Assembly (NCBI GenBank): GCA_043228905.1
Contig: JBHGNT010000003.1
Location: 2,666,001 to 2,730,000 of the forward strand
Length of the DNA: 64,000 bases
From: Azolla caroliniana
Lineage: Eukaryota > Plantae > Polypodiophyta
Reading direction: 5' to 3'
Both the position numbers and the translations under genes were made by a program. How positions within the stretch are numbered: the first letter of the stretch is position 1; each line of letters begins with the position of its first letter. Under the pieces are notes generated by a model. The model was not told the origin of the DNA, did not search any database, and saw only the letters and a list, made by a program, of their open reading frames with translations. Shown here piece by piece: positions 23,255-34,996 of the stretch.

Positions 23255-26200
23255 ATGGAAGGCGGCAGCAGCGGACAGCCGGGGATGATGGTGCTGAATG
23301 CGCAGAACTACGCCGACTGGAAGATAAAGATGGAGGACCTGCTCATTGTTCGGGACCTGTATGAACCGATCGACAGGTCGGAAATACCCAAGGGGGTACT
23401 TGAGACGGAGTGGAGGCTTCTGAACCGGAAAGCCGTTGCAACCATTCGGCAATATGTCGACGTGAGTGTTCTACAACACGTGGCGAACGACACCAACGCA
23501 TATGAGATGTGGAGGAAGCTGTCGGGCCTCTACGAGAGGAAGAATGCGTTGAACCGGACCTCCCTGATGAGGAAGATAGTGAACCTCAAGTACCGGGACG
23601 GCGAGAGTATGGTGGAACATGTAAGCACGTTCATGGGATTCGGGAACCAGCTTGCGGCGATCAAGTTCCCGTTGGAGGATGCAATGCAAGCCATCATCCT
23701 GATGTGTACATTGCCGGACAGCTGGGAGAACTTGGTGGTGACTCTCAGCACCTCCTGCACCGAAGACAACTTGTCCCTACAAACGGTAAAGACAAGTATT
23801 TTGAACGAAGAAGCGCGTCGGAGAGATAAAGAACCGGTCTCCGACTCGAAGGCGCTGCTTACCGAATCGGAACGGGGAAGACAATGGAACCGGAGTCCGC
23901 AAAGACGGGAGAAGTCGGGGACCCGGTCGCAGTCAAGAGGAAGACCCACATGCTTCCACTGTGGGAAGCCGGGGCACTTCCGGAAGAATTGTCGGCATTA
24001 CCGAAAAGACAACGGAACCGACGACACCGATTCGAAGAAGTCACCTGAGAGAAACGGTGCATACCGGGGAGCCACGGACCGGAGAGGTTCGGATCGGCGA
24101 GGGCAGGACCGGAAAGGAACAACGGCACTCGCGGCAAGTGAGGAAGAAATCATGCTCATCACCGAAGAAGGTGAACTAAACGTTGCCGGCGATGAGACGA
24201 CCTGGGTGGTCGATTCCGGAGCATCGTTCCACCTGACCCCGGAGAGAAGATACTTCTCATCCTACACAGCCGGTGAGCATGGCTGTGTTCGGATGGGAAA
24301 TGAAGGTACGTGCCGGATTGCCGGCATAGGAGACGTGTGGTTGACAACCCCGACCGGATGCAAAATGCTGCTGAAGGATGTCCGACACGTTCCGGAGGTT
24401 CGATTGAACCTGATTTCGTCCGGGAGGCTAGACGATGAAGGCTACACAGGTAGCATCCGGAACGGCGTGATGAAGTTCAGCAAGGGAAGCCTGATAGTGG
24501 CTCGGGCCCGGAAAGACAACACACTGTACCTGATGAATGCCCGGTTATGTCCGGAAGAGCTGAATGTGGCAGCCGACACTGCCGGTGAGCTGTGGCACAA
24601 AAGACTGTGCCACATGAGTGAGAAGGGGATGAAGAGGCTTGCCGATGACAACCTGATACCGGTAAAGCACGTACACCTGGGGAAGTGTACCGACTGTCTG
24701 GCCGGTAAGCAAAACCGGACCTCCTTCCACTCAAGGCCACCAACGAGACGTAGCGCACCATTAGAGCTGGTGCACACTGACGTGTGTCAAGTAGAGACGA
24801 AGTCACATGGCGGAGCCCAGTACTTCGTGACATTCATTGATGACCACAGCCGGAAGCTGTGGACGGCACCGTTGAAGACAAAGGACCAAGTGTTGTGCGT
24901 CTTCAAAGATCTTCACGCGAGAGTGGAAAGGGAATCCGGCAAGAAGTTGAAAGCGATACGAGCGGATAACGGAGGGGAATACCGGGGGCAGTTCCAGGAG
25001 TACTGTCGCTCGAAGGGAATCCGGCTCGAGTTTACTGTGCCGAAGACGCCGGAACTGAACGGGCTGGCCGAGAGGATGAACCGGACCATAATGGAGAGGG
25101 TCCGGAGTATGCTGGCGCATGCGAAATTACCCAAGGGATTTTGGGCTGAGGCAATGTCGACGGCGACGTATGTGATAAATAGATCACCCTCAGTACCGTT
25201 GGACGGAGACACGCCGCAGAAAGTGTGGACCGGTAAGGAAGTGTCCTACCGGCATCTGAAGGTGTTCGGGTGTCTCGCATATGTGCATGTGGCAAAGGAC
25301 CGGAGAGGAAAGCTAGATCCAAAGACCCGGCCATGCATATTCCTCGGTTACGGCGACGACGAGTTCGGCTACCGAGTATGGGACCCGGTCGACAAGAAGA
25401 TATTCAGGAGTCGAGACATCATCTTCATGGAGGACAAGACACTCGCCGACTGGGAGTCGGAGAAGAAGATGAAGAGCTCCAAGTCGACCGGTGAGGATCA
25501 ACTCTACGAGGAGCAGTCCCGACCGGCAAGGGACCGGTTAGCACTCGAGGATCCGGCCGAAGACGGTGGAGAAACAGAACCGGCCGAAGAAGATGAAACT
25601 GATACCGGAATCGGCCCCGATCCCGAAATGGATTCGGATGAAGAAGAATTGGAAGAACCGGTTACCGAAGCTCCGGAACGGAGATATCCTCTAAGAGAGA
25701 GAAGGGCCCCCCGGAGATTTCCGGAACCAGAGCACGTGCTGCTAACCGACGAGGGGGAGCCGGAGAGCTTTGAAGAAGCAAAGCATGACACCCAGAGCCG
25801 CAGGTGGTTAAGTGCCATGCAGGAGGAGATGGATTCCCTGCATGAGAAGCACACATATGAACTTGTGGAGCTGCCGAAAGGAAAACGGGCACTCCGTAAC
25901 AAGTGGGTGTTCAAGCTGAAACCGGGAGATGCCGGAAAACCCCCGAGATACAAAGCCAGGATCGTGGTGAAGGGGTTTCAACAGAAGAAGGGCGTCGACT
26001 TCGACGAGATATTTGCCCCGGTAGTGAAGATGACCTCCATCCGGACGGTGCTGAGCATAGCGGCAAGCATGGACCTCGAGGTAGAACAGATGGACGTGAA
26101 GACGGCATTCCTTCACGGTGACCTCGAAGAAGAGATCTACATGCAGCAACCGGAAGGATTCGAGAAGAAAGGGAAGGAGCACCTGGTATGCCGGCTGAAG

Positions 26201-27328
26201 AAGAGCCTTTACGGACTGAAGCAGGCTCCCCGGCAATGGTACCGGAAGTTCGACTCCTTCATGACCGACGAAGGGTACCTCAAAACGCAGTCCGACCACT
26301 GCGTGTTTGTGAAGAAATTCGAAGGAGGAGACTTTCTAATACTCCTCCTGTACGTGGACGACATGTTGATCGTCGGACGGAACCAGGTCAAGATACGGAT
26401 GCTGAAGAAAGCGCTTCACCAAACCTTCTCAATGAAGGACCTGGGTCCGGCGAGGCAAATACTAGGGATGCACATCATCCGGGACCGGAAGAAGAAGCAG
26501 TTGTGGCTGTCACAGGAGAAGTACGTGACAAAGGTGCTTCACCGGTTCAACATGTCGGAAGCAAGACCGGTCGGGTCAACCCTCCCGGCAAACTGCAAGT
26601 TGTCCAGCAAGCAAAGCCCCAAGACAAAGGCTGAGAAGGAGGACATGATGAAAGTACCATATGCCTCTGCCGTTGGAAGCTTGATGTACGCAATGGTGTG
26701 TACAAGACCGGACATAGGATATGCAGTTGGAGTGGTGAGCCGATACATGAGCAATCCCGGCAAAGAGCACTGGAACGCGGTCAAATGGATACTCCGATAC
26801 TTAAAGGGCACTTCGAACATGTGTCTCCGATTCGGCTCCGGTAAGCCCGAACTCGATGGATTTACCGATTCGGACATGTCGGCTGATGCGGATACCAGCC
26901 GGTCTACATCAGGGTATGTAATGACATATGCAGGGGGAGCTGTTTCGTGGCAGTCGAGGTTGCAGAAGACGGTTGCGTTGTCAACCACGGAGGCGGAGTA
27001 CATGGCGGCTGTTGAAGCCGGCAAGGAAATAATTTGGATGAAGGACTTCATTAGAGAGCTCGGTATCCGGCAGGAGGAGTATCGGCTCTACTGCGATAGT
27101 CAGAGTGCCATCCACCTTGCGAAGAACGCGGCCTACCATTCCCGGACAAAACACATCCAGCGTAGATACCACTGGATCCGGGAAAGGATAGAAGATAAAG
27201 AGCTCGTACTGACGAAGGTCCACACGGACGAGAACGGGTCGGATATGCTAACCAAGGTGCTCAAACCCGACAAGTTGGAAGCATGCCGGAAGAGGATCGG
27301 ATTGGAGAGACATCCCATGCCGAAGTGA
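23255..27328 (+). CDS. gag-pol: Copia Gag-Pol polyprotein (1357 aa)
   Basis: First ATG 16 nt after the PBS; CFHCGKPGHFRKNC, WVVDSGASFH, LWHKRLCH, DNGGEY, YVDD, TEAEY; no stops. Confidence 0.95.
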   Translation: MEGGSSGQPGMMVLNAQNYADWKIKMEDLLIVRDLYEPIDRSEIPKGVLETEWRLLNRKAVATIRQYVDVSVLQHVANDTNAYEMWRKLSGLYERKNALNRTSLMRKIVNLKYRDGESMVEHVSTFMGFGNQLAAIKFPLEDAMQAIILMCTLPDSWENLVVTLSTSCTEDNLSLQTVKTSILNEEARRRDKEPVSDSKALLTESERGRQWNRSPQRREKSGTRSQSRGRPTCFHCGKPGHFRKNCRHYRKDNGTDDTDSKKSPERNGAYRGATDRRGSDRRGQDRKGTTALAASEEEIMLITEEGELNVAGDETTWVVDSGASFHLTPERRYFSSYTAGEHGCVRMGNEGTCRIAGIGDVWLTTPTGCKMLLKDVRHVPEVRLNLISSGRLDDEGYTGSIRNGVMKFSKGSLIVARARKDNTLYLMNARLCPEELNVAADTAGELWHKRLCHMSEKGMKRLADDNLIPVKHVHLGKCTDCLAGKQNRTSFHSRPPTRRSAPLELVHTDVCQVETKSHGGAQYFVTFIDDHSRKLWTAPLKTKDQVLCVFKDLHARVERESGKKLKAIRADNGGEYRGQFQEYCRSKGIRLEFTVPKTPELNGLAERMNRTIMERVRSMLAHAKLPKGFWAEAMSTATYVINRSPSVPLDGDTPQKVWTGKEVSYRHLKVFGCLAYVHVAKDRRGKLDPKTRPCIFLGYGDDEFGYRVWDPVDKKIFRSRDIIFMEDKTLADWESEKKMKSSKSTGEDQLYEEQSRPARDRLALEDPAEDGGETEPAEEDETDTGIGPDPEMDSDEEELEEPVTEAPERRYPLRERRAPRRFPEPEHVLLTDEGEPESFEEAKHDTQSRRWLSAMQEEMDSLHEKHTYELVELPKGKRALRNKWVFKLKPGDAGKPPRYKARIVVKGFQQKKGVDFDEIFAPVVKMTSIRTVLSIAASMDLEVEQMDVKTAFLHGDLEEEIYMQQPEGFEKKGKEHLVCRLKKSLYGLKQAPRQWYRKFDSFMTDEGYLKTQSDHCVFVKKFEGGDFLILLLYVDDMLIVGRNQVKIRMLKKALHQTFSMKDLGPARQILGMHIIRDRKKKQLWLSQEKYVTKVLHRFNMSEARPVGSTLPANCKLSSKQSPKTKAEKEDMMKVPYASAVGSLMYAMVCTRPDIGYAVGVVSRYMSNPGKEHWNAVKWILRYLKGTSNMCLRFGSGKPELDGFTDSDMSADADTSRSTSGYVMTYAGGAVSWQSRLQKTVALSTTEAEYMAAVEAGKEIIWMKDFIRELGIRQEEYRLYCDSQSAIHLAKNAAYHSRTKHIQRRYHWIRERIEDKELVLTKVHTDENGSDMLTKVLKPDKLEACRKRIGLERHPMPK

Positions 27329-27338
27329 AGGGGGAGTT

Positions 27339-28039
27339 TGTTGGGATTTCGGTCCCTCCGGATGGGATGTCCGGAGATGAATGACGGCAAGCCCGGTTGC
27401 GGTTACAGAACCGGATGATGAAGAATACCCGTCATGAAGCCGGATGAAGAGTACCCGGATACGGATCCGGATGATGAAGTACCCGGATACGGATCCGGAT
27501 GATGAAGACCCCGGCTACGGAGCCGGATGCTGAAGACCCCGGCTACAGAGCCGGATGACGAATGTACCCGGAGAAAGATCCGGATGCGGGGACATATTTG
27601 TGAATATGTTTTGTCAAGAGCCCTTGAGGCTATATTTGTAAATAGCCCGAAAGTCATATGTGTATAAATATGACTTAGGGCAAACAGTTTGTTGTTGTTG
27701 CTCATCTTTTCTGTTTTCCACTAAGAGGGAGCGAAGTGAGAGCAGCCGAGAGAGAGGGAGAGAGAAAGAGGAAGGAAGAGGTCGACGCCTCTGTGTAATA
27801 CCGCCGCCTGTGGCGAGGACAGTGAGCTCAAGGTCGTTGCCTTGCAGCTCGCCATTGTACATTCCCGCGTATAGTGATAGTTGGAGTCTTGCACTCCCGT
27901 GGTTTTTCCCATTTAGGGTTTTCCACGTAAAACATACAGTGTACCCTTCTCTCTCTATTGTTTTCGTGCATTCTTGTATTTCCCATTTTCTGTGAATCGA
28001 TCCAGTTCCTCGGTTGTGGCCGAGCACGGAATTGCGACA
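27339..28039 (+). repeat. Element E 3' LTR (701 bp)
   Basis: Matches the 5' LTR except for one substitution seen and one extra 28-bp repeat unit. Confidence 0.95.
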
Positions 28040-28044
28040 TTTCT

Positions 28045-28790
28045 CAGCTATCATTAGGATAACTGGGCAGATATTCTCCACTTCGCCGAATTTGCCTATA
28101 ACAACTCTATCCACGCATCCACTAAAGTTACGCCATTTTATGCTTATACGGGATGTCACCCCCGGTGGTGTGTACTTGAAACCCCAGAGGTGTCCACAAA
28201 TCCTTGCACAGAGGATCGTTTGCAGAGGTTACGCAAGATACAAGCGGATTTATCTACTCATCTCCAACAAGCTCAAGAAACACACAAGGTTTATGCGGAT
28301 CGTCATCGACTCCCATCTAGTTTTAACATTGGAGATCGGGTATGGCTACTCCGACGACACATCAAGACTACTCGCCCATGCGAGAAGTTGGATTATCGGC
28401 GATTAGGTCCTTCCGTATTATAAGAAAGATTAATGATGTCGCTTTTCGTCTTGATCTACCTCCACAACTTCGGATACATCTGGTGTTTCATAGTTCTCTC
28501 CTTGAACCCTATCAAGAGAGCACCATCCCAGGACGTATTACATAGCCTCCACCCCCGATCGAGCTTGAAGATGGACCTGAGTACGAGGTTGCCACCATCC
28601 TTGACTCCAAGCTTGTTCGCAACAAGCTCTACTATCTAGTCGATTGGCTAGGATATAGTCCCAACGAGCGTACTTGGGAACCGATAGAGAATGTCACCAA
28701 TGCTCGTGCTCTTCATGAAGACTTCCATCTTCAATATCCAGACAAACCGGGTCCTCAATCCAAAACAACTCGTTACACTCGTCGTTTTAA
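28045..28790 (+). pseudogene. pol: Element C pol part 3 (integrase C-terminus, GPF/Y module, chromodomain)
   Basis: GDRVWL, KLD...LGP; chromodomain EYEVATILDSK...YYLVDWLGY...TWEP from 28579. Confidence 0.88.
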
Positions 28791-29027
28791 AGGGGGGATA
28801 GTGTCATAGAGAACCAATCTTTGTAACAACATACTCAGTAATACAATAATCACTAATTATTTATCATAAGTACAACGTTGGATTGCAAATAACATATTTA
28901 ACCATGTTTTTATGAGTTCATAACAGTCTTATTCCCTCTCTAAAACTACGACAATTGGAAAAACAACAGAAATAAGTTATGATGAACGAAAAATAACAAA
29001 GCTTTTGATTCAGGTTCGGTGATTAAA

Positions 29028-30404
29028 TTAGAGCTTCAATTGGTAATATCCTGCGACTGTATAACATGTCTTCATTAATGTGAACAGGAGCAGGAGAAAC
29101 GCGCGGCAAGGATCGAAATGGTGAGCCATGGCCGAGAGAAATACTTCTCACGAAACTCCACATAATATGTACGCCAAGGGTTATGATAATGGTGCAGTAT
29201 ATCGTGTATCATGCTGTTCCAATTCTTGCATCGTGGATCCGAGGCAGTGATGCACATGTCATTCCACATCTTGACCAATTTTTCATCACTCCCCAAGTGA
29301 TTCTCTATCACCTGCACCTTAGTAAAGATCGCTACATCCTCGGGTGTGTCGATGAGCGAGTCCATGATGACCGCATACTTAGTGAAATCGCCTCCTTCTC
29401 TGGAGGTCTGTTCGTGCACACGCAGGTTCCGCAGCACATCCTCGGTATTGTCATTCACGAAAAGCCGCGGAAGATCGAATCGAAGGCTTCACTTGTCGTA
29501 GTAAGTCACTGATATGGAACCTTCAATCGTCTTGAACCAGATGCCAGCTTTAGCGAGCTGTGAGGCCGATGGCAGGCGCTCGCGCATTTTGGCTTGTTTC
29601 TTGGTTTGTTTCGACTAGACAACAACATTCCATAGTATGGGAAAGCTACATGGATTGGTATCTTGTCTCTTATTCTTTTCTGATCATTCGCTGATGACCC
29701 AAACATATAAGCAATCGAGTAGATGATTGCAATGGAGAAAGTCTGGAGTTTTAAAACTGTTGTCCCAAGCATGAGCATGCTTGATAATGAATGGATCAAC
29801 GAAAGTAAAGATGTCAGCTAATGCTTCCAGGAATTCATCGTTTTCTACGTTGAGTTTCTTTGGAAACATCAGCTTCCTAAGAAATGACAGGGGAATTTGG
29901 TTGCCCATCAAGAACAAGTCCCTCCATACTTGCTTGATTGTGATGCCATTTTTGCAGACTGTGTTGAAGAAGTTGTAATCTTCGGATTCGCAGTCATTCC
30001 TTGGAAACATCAAGAATTCATTAAGGAAGATGGTATCGACAATGACCATAAGTTTGAGGGCTTCATCGCTATAATTGGGAAGGTGTGAATAATCGAGGCA
30101 AAGATCAGAAGAGTCCTCGAAGAGGCATTGAATGAGTTGTTCTACATCTGATATGCCATTTCTTCGCATGAATCTCTTCACACATAGTGCCTTACAATCA
30201 TAAAGAGAAGAGCTACCACTAAGCAATATGGAGGGCAATATGACTCTAGCTTGACATCCACTAATGCTTTTGGAGGCTTCGAAATCTTCAGAGTTCATAG
30301 GGCCCCTGAGTATCATCAGCATTTGTATTAGCCTCATTGATCCTTATTATCATGTCTGCTCTCCATTTGACAGCTTCTTTTGTACAGGATTCAAATTGAT
30401 CCAT
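29028..30404 (-). pseudogene. DUF247/UPF0481-family plant gene, frameshifted pseudogene
   Basis: ISKPPKALVDVK.ESYCP; MVIVDTIFLNEFL; RDLFLMGNQIP; HLLDCL; SASQLAKAGIWFK; VLRNL; MDSLIDTPEDV; KYFSRPW followed by a hydrophobic C-terminal helix. Pieces lie in different frames. Confidence 0.85.
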
Positions 30405-30774
30405 TTGACGTGTAAGTTTGTTTTCCTTGTTGATATTTTCTCAAACTTCTTCTTCTTCGGTGGGCACAAACTTATGATTTCTTCTAGAAGTCAAGCATAG
30501 TCTTGCCTTGTAGGAGATAAGAATGCCAGAATCATACAAATTCTACAAATTACATAAACAAAAATAATCATGTGTGAAGGAATTCATGGAAAGAAATGGG
30601 ATATCAAATGTAGAAGAGCTCATGCACCATATATCCTCATTACTGACCACCATGATTTATGTATATAGAAGGAGAGACGACATAATGAGATAAAGTATAT
30701 GTATGGGACCAATAATCATTTAATTTCCCATAAAGATCAAACGATCGATCTCTTCGATATTTCTTGATCAATTC

Positions 30775-33700
30775 TGTTGTGTAAAATTGTCCCTCCTTAC
30801 GGGGGAGTCGACTGAAAAGCCAAACCGTGCCAAGAGTTGACGAGAACTCAAATGTGTATACACATATATACACACTTCTATTCACATCTATGTGTATGTG
30901 GGTTAGCATACATATTTGCTAAGAGGCATTCGCTGCCTTTGTATGTGGGATAAATGACCCAGAGAAAAAGTAGTGAGTGCAGCCATATACATATATAGTA
31001 AACTCAAGTGAGTTGCATCATTATTTTTGAGTGTGTTTTAGGCGCGAGTGTGTGCAGAGGGAAAAACGAGTTGTAGAAGAGAAGTGTGACTCAGAGAACG
31101 ACTGCGTATATACATAGTAGTGGCTGTGAGAACGTAATAGAAAAAGCCGAGTGTGTGTGAAGAAAAGGGAGAAGAACAAAAGGGAAGAAAGACAAGAACT
31201 GAGAAGCTAAGGGAGTTTCGAACGGGAAAGACACCTACGCATTAGGGTTTGGTATGCTCATCTGAAATCGTGATATCAGAGAACATTCAAACCAGTACAG
31301 GTTCTTTTATTCAGTGGTTGTATTCTGTCTTTCTATTATAGTGAAATTTTTGTTCTATGGTTTTTCCTTGAAATCAGGGTTTTCCACGTAAATCTTGTTT
31401 TACTCTTTATTTTCAATTTGTGTCAAAGGTTATTTCGTAATCCTTGTTTGAGTGAAATCTTATCAAACTAGTATCAGAGCATAGGTTTTAGATGGAAGGG
31501 GGTGTGAGTGGCTTTCCAGGGATGATTGTCCTAAACTCACAAAACTACTCAGACTGGAAGATCAAAATGGAAGATCTTTTGATAGTCAAAGACTTATATG
31601 AGCCTATAGAAAATAAGGATATACCAAGAGGGGTGATAGAATCGGAGTGGAAAATTCTAAATAGAAAGGCAGTGGCAACTATAAGACAATGTGTAGACAT
31701 TAGCGTCCTACAACATGTAGCAAGTGATACCAATGCCTTCGAGTTATGGCATAAACTCTCTGCCCTCTATGAAAGGAAAAATTCCTTAAATAAAACTTTC
31801 TTGATGAGGAAGATAGTGAGACTGAAGTATGTAGATGGGGAGAGCATTGTAGAGAACATCAGTACCTTTATGGGATTGGTAAATCAGTTAGCCTCAGCGA
31901 AGTTCCCATTAGATGATGTTATGCAGGCCACACTACTGTTATGTACTCTACCAGATAGTTGGGAAAACTTAATAGTGACACTCAACACTTCATGTAAAGA
32001 AGACAACCTATCTTTACAAACAGTAAAGACTAGCATTTTAAATGAAGAGACAAGAAGAAAGGATAAAGGTGCCTTGTCTCAATCGGAGGCTAATGTGACC
32101 CAAGAACTTAGTAGAGGTAGAAGAGAACACAGAAGTCCAGAAAATGGAGATAGGTTTTATGCAAGGTCGAAATCTAGAGGAAGACCTACATGCTTCTATT
32201 GTAGGAAGCCTAGTCACTTCCAAAAGAATTGCCGACACCTTAGGAAGGACAAAGGCATGGCTGATGAGATCGAACCCAGGAAAATTTCTGATGATAAAAA
32301 CACCTCAGCCATTGCAACTAGTGAAGAAGAGATGATATTTATCTGTGAATAAGGTAGCGTGAACCTAGCAAATGTTGGGTGCTCATGGGTAGTAGATTCC
32401 GGTGCTTCATTTCACCTAACTCCCAAAAGAGAATGTTTCTCGTCTTACACAACCAGTGACTATGGCTACGTTAGGATGGGAAATGACAGTGAATGCATGA
32501 TTGTGGGCATAGGAACTATGTGTTTGCTAACATCTACTAGTTGCAGGTTGATATTGATGGATGTACGCCATGTTCCGGATGTCAGATTGAATCTAATATC
32601 GGCGGGATGGCTAGACGACGAAGGCTACAGTGGTGGCTTTCGAAGTGGTACATGGAAGTTCTGTAAAGGGAGCTTGACTATGGCTCGAGGTCAAAAACAG
32701 ATTACACTGTATGTAATGCATGCCAAATTGTGCCCAGATGAAGCAAATGTAGTGGCTGGCTCAAATGGTGAGCTGTGGCATAAAAGGCTCGGACACATGA
32801 GCGAAAGGGGAATGCATATCCTTGCGGAAAAGGATTTTCTACCAGAGGTGAAAGGAATACACTTGGAGAAGTGTGTGGACTACTTGGCTGGAAAGCAAAA
32901 TAGAACAACCTTTCACTCTAGACCTCCGATGAGGAGAGAGCATGCTTTAGAGTTGGGTCACACAGATGTGTGTTATGTGGATGCCTCATCACATCGTGGT
33001 GGACAATATTTTGTCACATTTATCGATGACTTCAGTAAGAAGGTGTGGGCTTATGTGTTGGTGTCTAAAGACCAAGAGTTGTTAGTCTTTAGAGAGTTTC
33101 ATGCAAGGGTAGAAAGAGAATCGGGATAGAAGCTAAAGGTTGTCTGGATAGATAATGGTGGTGAGTATAGAGGCCAATTTGAGATTTATTGCAAGACTCA
33201 AGGCATCAAACTTGATTATACAATGCCGAAGACATCTGAGCTAAATGAACTATAATGGAAAGGGTAAGAAGCATGTTGGCGCATGCAAAATTGCCAAAGT
33301 CGTATTGGGCTGAGGCAATGTTGACGGTTGTCTATCTCATAAAGAGGTCTCCATCAGTGCCCCTGAAGGCGAATGTACCACAAAGGGTGTGGAAAGGAAG
33401 GAATGTATCCTATCAACACTTAAAGGTGTTTGGATGCTTGGCCTATGTACATGTTGCTAAAGATCAGAGGTCAAAGTTGGACAACAAGTCCAAACCTTGT
33501 ATATTCTTGGGGTACTCGGAAGACAAGTTCGGGTACAGAATGTGGCATCTCCTTGATAAGAAAGTATTAAGAAGTCGAGATGTCATATTCATGGAAGATA
33601 ACACAATCGAGGACTGGAAACAACAAAGAACAGAATCGCCTTCCCAATCGACTACCGTTATGGAGTCGACACTGGTTGATCCCGCTCCCACACAACCAAC

Positions 33701-34996
33701 CGACAGACAATAGCTGGCTGATGAAGTCGAACCTGAGTCGGTCGACACCCAACAACAGACTGATGCACACGAATCTGAGTTGGAAGATGAGTTGTTGGAA
33801 GAAAGCGAATGTGAGCCAGTTATCGAAGGAAGAAGATATCCACGAAGACAAAGGAAGGCCTCCTCTCGATATCTAGCCAGTCAATATATCCTCTTGAGTG
33901 ATGAAGTGGAACCAAAATGCTATGAAGAGGCCATGACTGATGTACACAAGGAGAAATGGTATAATGCCATGCAAGAAGAAATGGATTCCTTGCATGAGAA
34001 CCTAACTTATGAGTTAATGGAGTTGCATGATGGTAAGAAGGCACTTAGAAACAAATGGGTCTACAAATTAAAGACAGGTGAAGACAGAAGTGCATCCAGG
34101 TATAAGGCCCGCATTGTCGTAAAGGGTTTCCAACAGAAAAAGGGTGTTGATTTTGATGAGATTTTTGCTCCAATTGTCAAGATGACTTCTATCCGGACTG
34201 TTTTGAGTATGGCTGCTAGTATGAATCTTGAAATCTAACAGGTGGATGTTAAAATAGCCTTCTTGCACGGTGAGCTAGAAGAGGAAATTTATATGCAACA
34301 ACCAGAGGGCTTTGAGGTAAAAGGAAAAGAGAACCTCGTGTGCAGGTTGAGGAAAAGCTTGTATGGTCTAAAGCAACCTCCACGACAAGGGTATAAGAAA
34401 TTTGAGTCCTTCATGTTGGAACATGGATTCCACAAAACACAAGCCGATCATTGTGTATTTTTGAAAAGGTATAGTGAAGGGGATTTTGTTATTATGTTGT
34501 TGTATGTGGATGATATGTTGGTTGTTGGACAGGATGTTAAAAAGATTGCAAGCTTGAAGAAAGCATTGAGCAAATCGTTTGCCATGAAAGACTTAGGACC
34601 AACAAAACAGATTTTGGGAATGCATATAGTCTGGAACAGGACTAAAAACATGCTATGGTTGTCACAAGAGAAATATGTGACAAAAGTTTTGCAAAGGTTT
34701 AACATGTACAATGCAAAATCTGTTGGATCTCCTGCCAGTGGACTGTAAGTTAAATCCAGGACAATGTCTGAAAATTGAGAAAGATAAGGCCGAGATGAGG
34801 AGAATGCCATATGCCTCTGCTTTCGGTAGTCTTATGTATGCTATGGTTTGCACGAGGCCGGACATTGCATTTACTGTCGGGATAGTTAGTCGCTACATGA
34901 GTAATCCTGGAAAGGAGCATTGGGCCGCCGTAAAATGGATACTTAGATATCTAAGAGGGACTTCGAGTGTATGCCTTAGATATGGCTCAGAGAAAC
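30775..34996 (+). mobile_element. Element F: decayed Ty1/copia (5' LTR about 30775-31465, gag-pol from 31492), cut by element G
   Basis: Degenerate PBS TAGTATCAGAGC at 31469-31480; gag, PR, INT and RT pieces with many stops. The LTR start is inferred from similarity to the start of the element E LTR. Confidence 0.88.

Larger units (their letters stand above)
22551..28039 (+). mobile_element. Element E: intact, very young Ty1/copia (Tnt1/Tork-like)
   Basis: LTRs 22551-23223 and 27339-28039; TSD TTTCT; tRNA-iMet PBS TGGTATCAGAGC at 23227-23238; PPT GAAGGGGGAG at 27327-27336; uninterrupted ORF. Confidence 0.97.
8311..28807 (+). mobile_element. Element C: chromovirus (Tcn1/Tf1-sushi-like gypsy), interrupted by D and E; 3' LTR almost entirely deleted
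   Basis: 5' LTR TGTCA...TGACA, gag, PR LLDSGA, RT YLDD, RH, INT, chromodomain; PPT AAAGGGGGGATAG at 28789-28801 followed by only TGTCAT. Confidence 0.92.
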
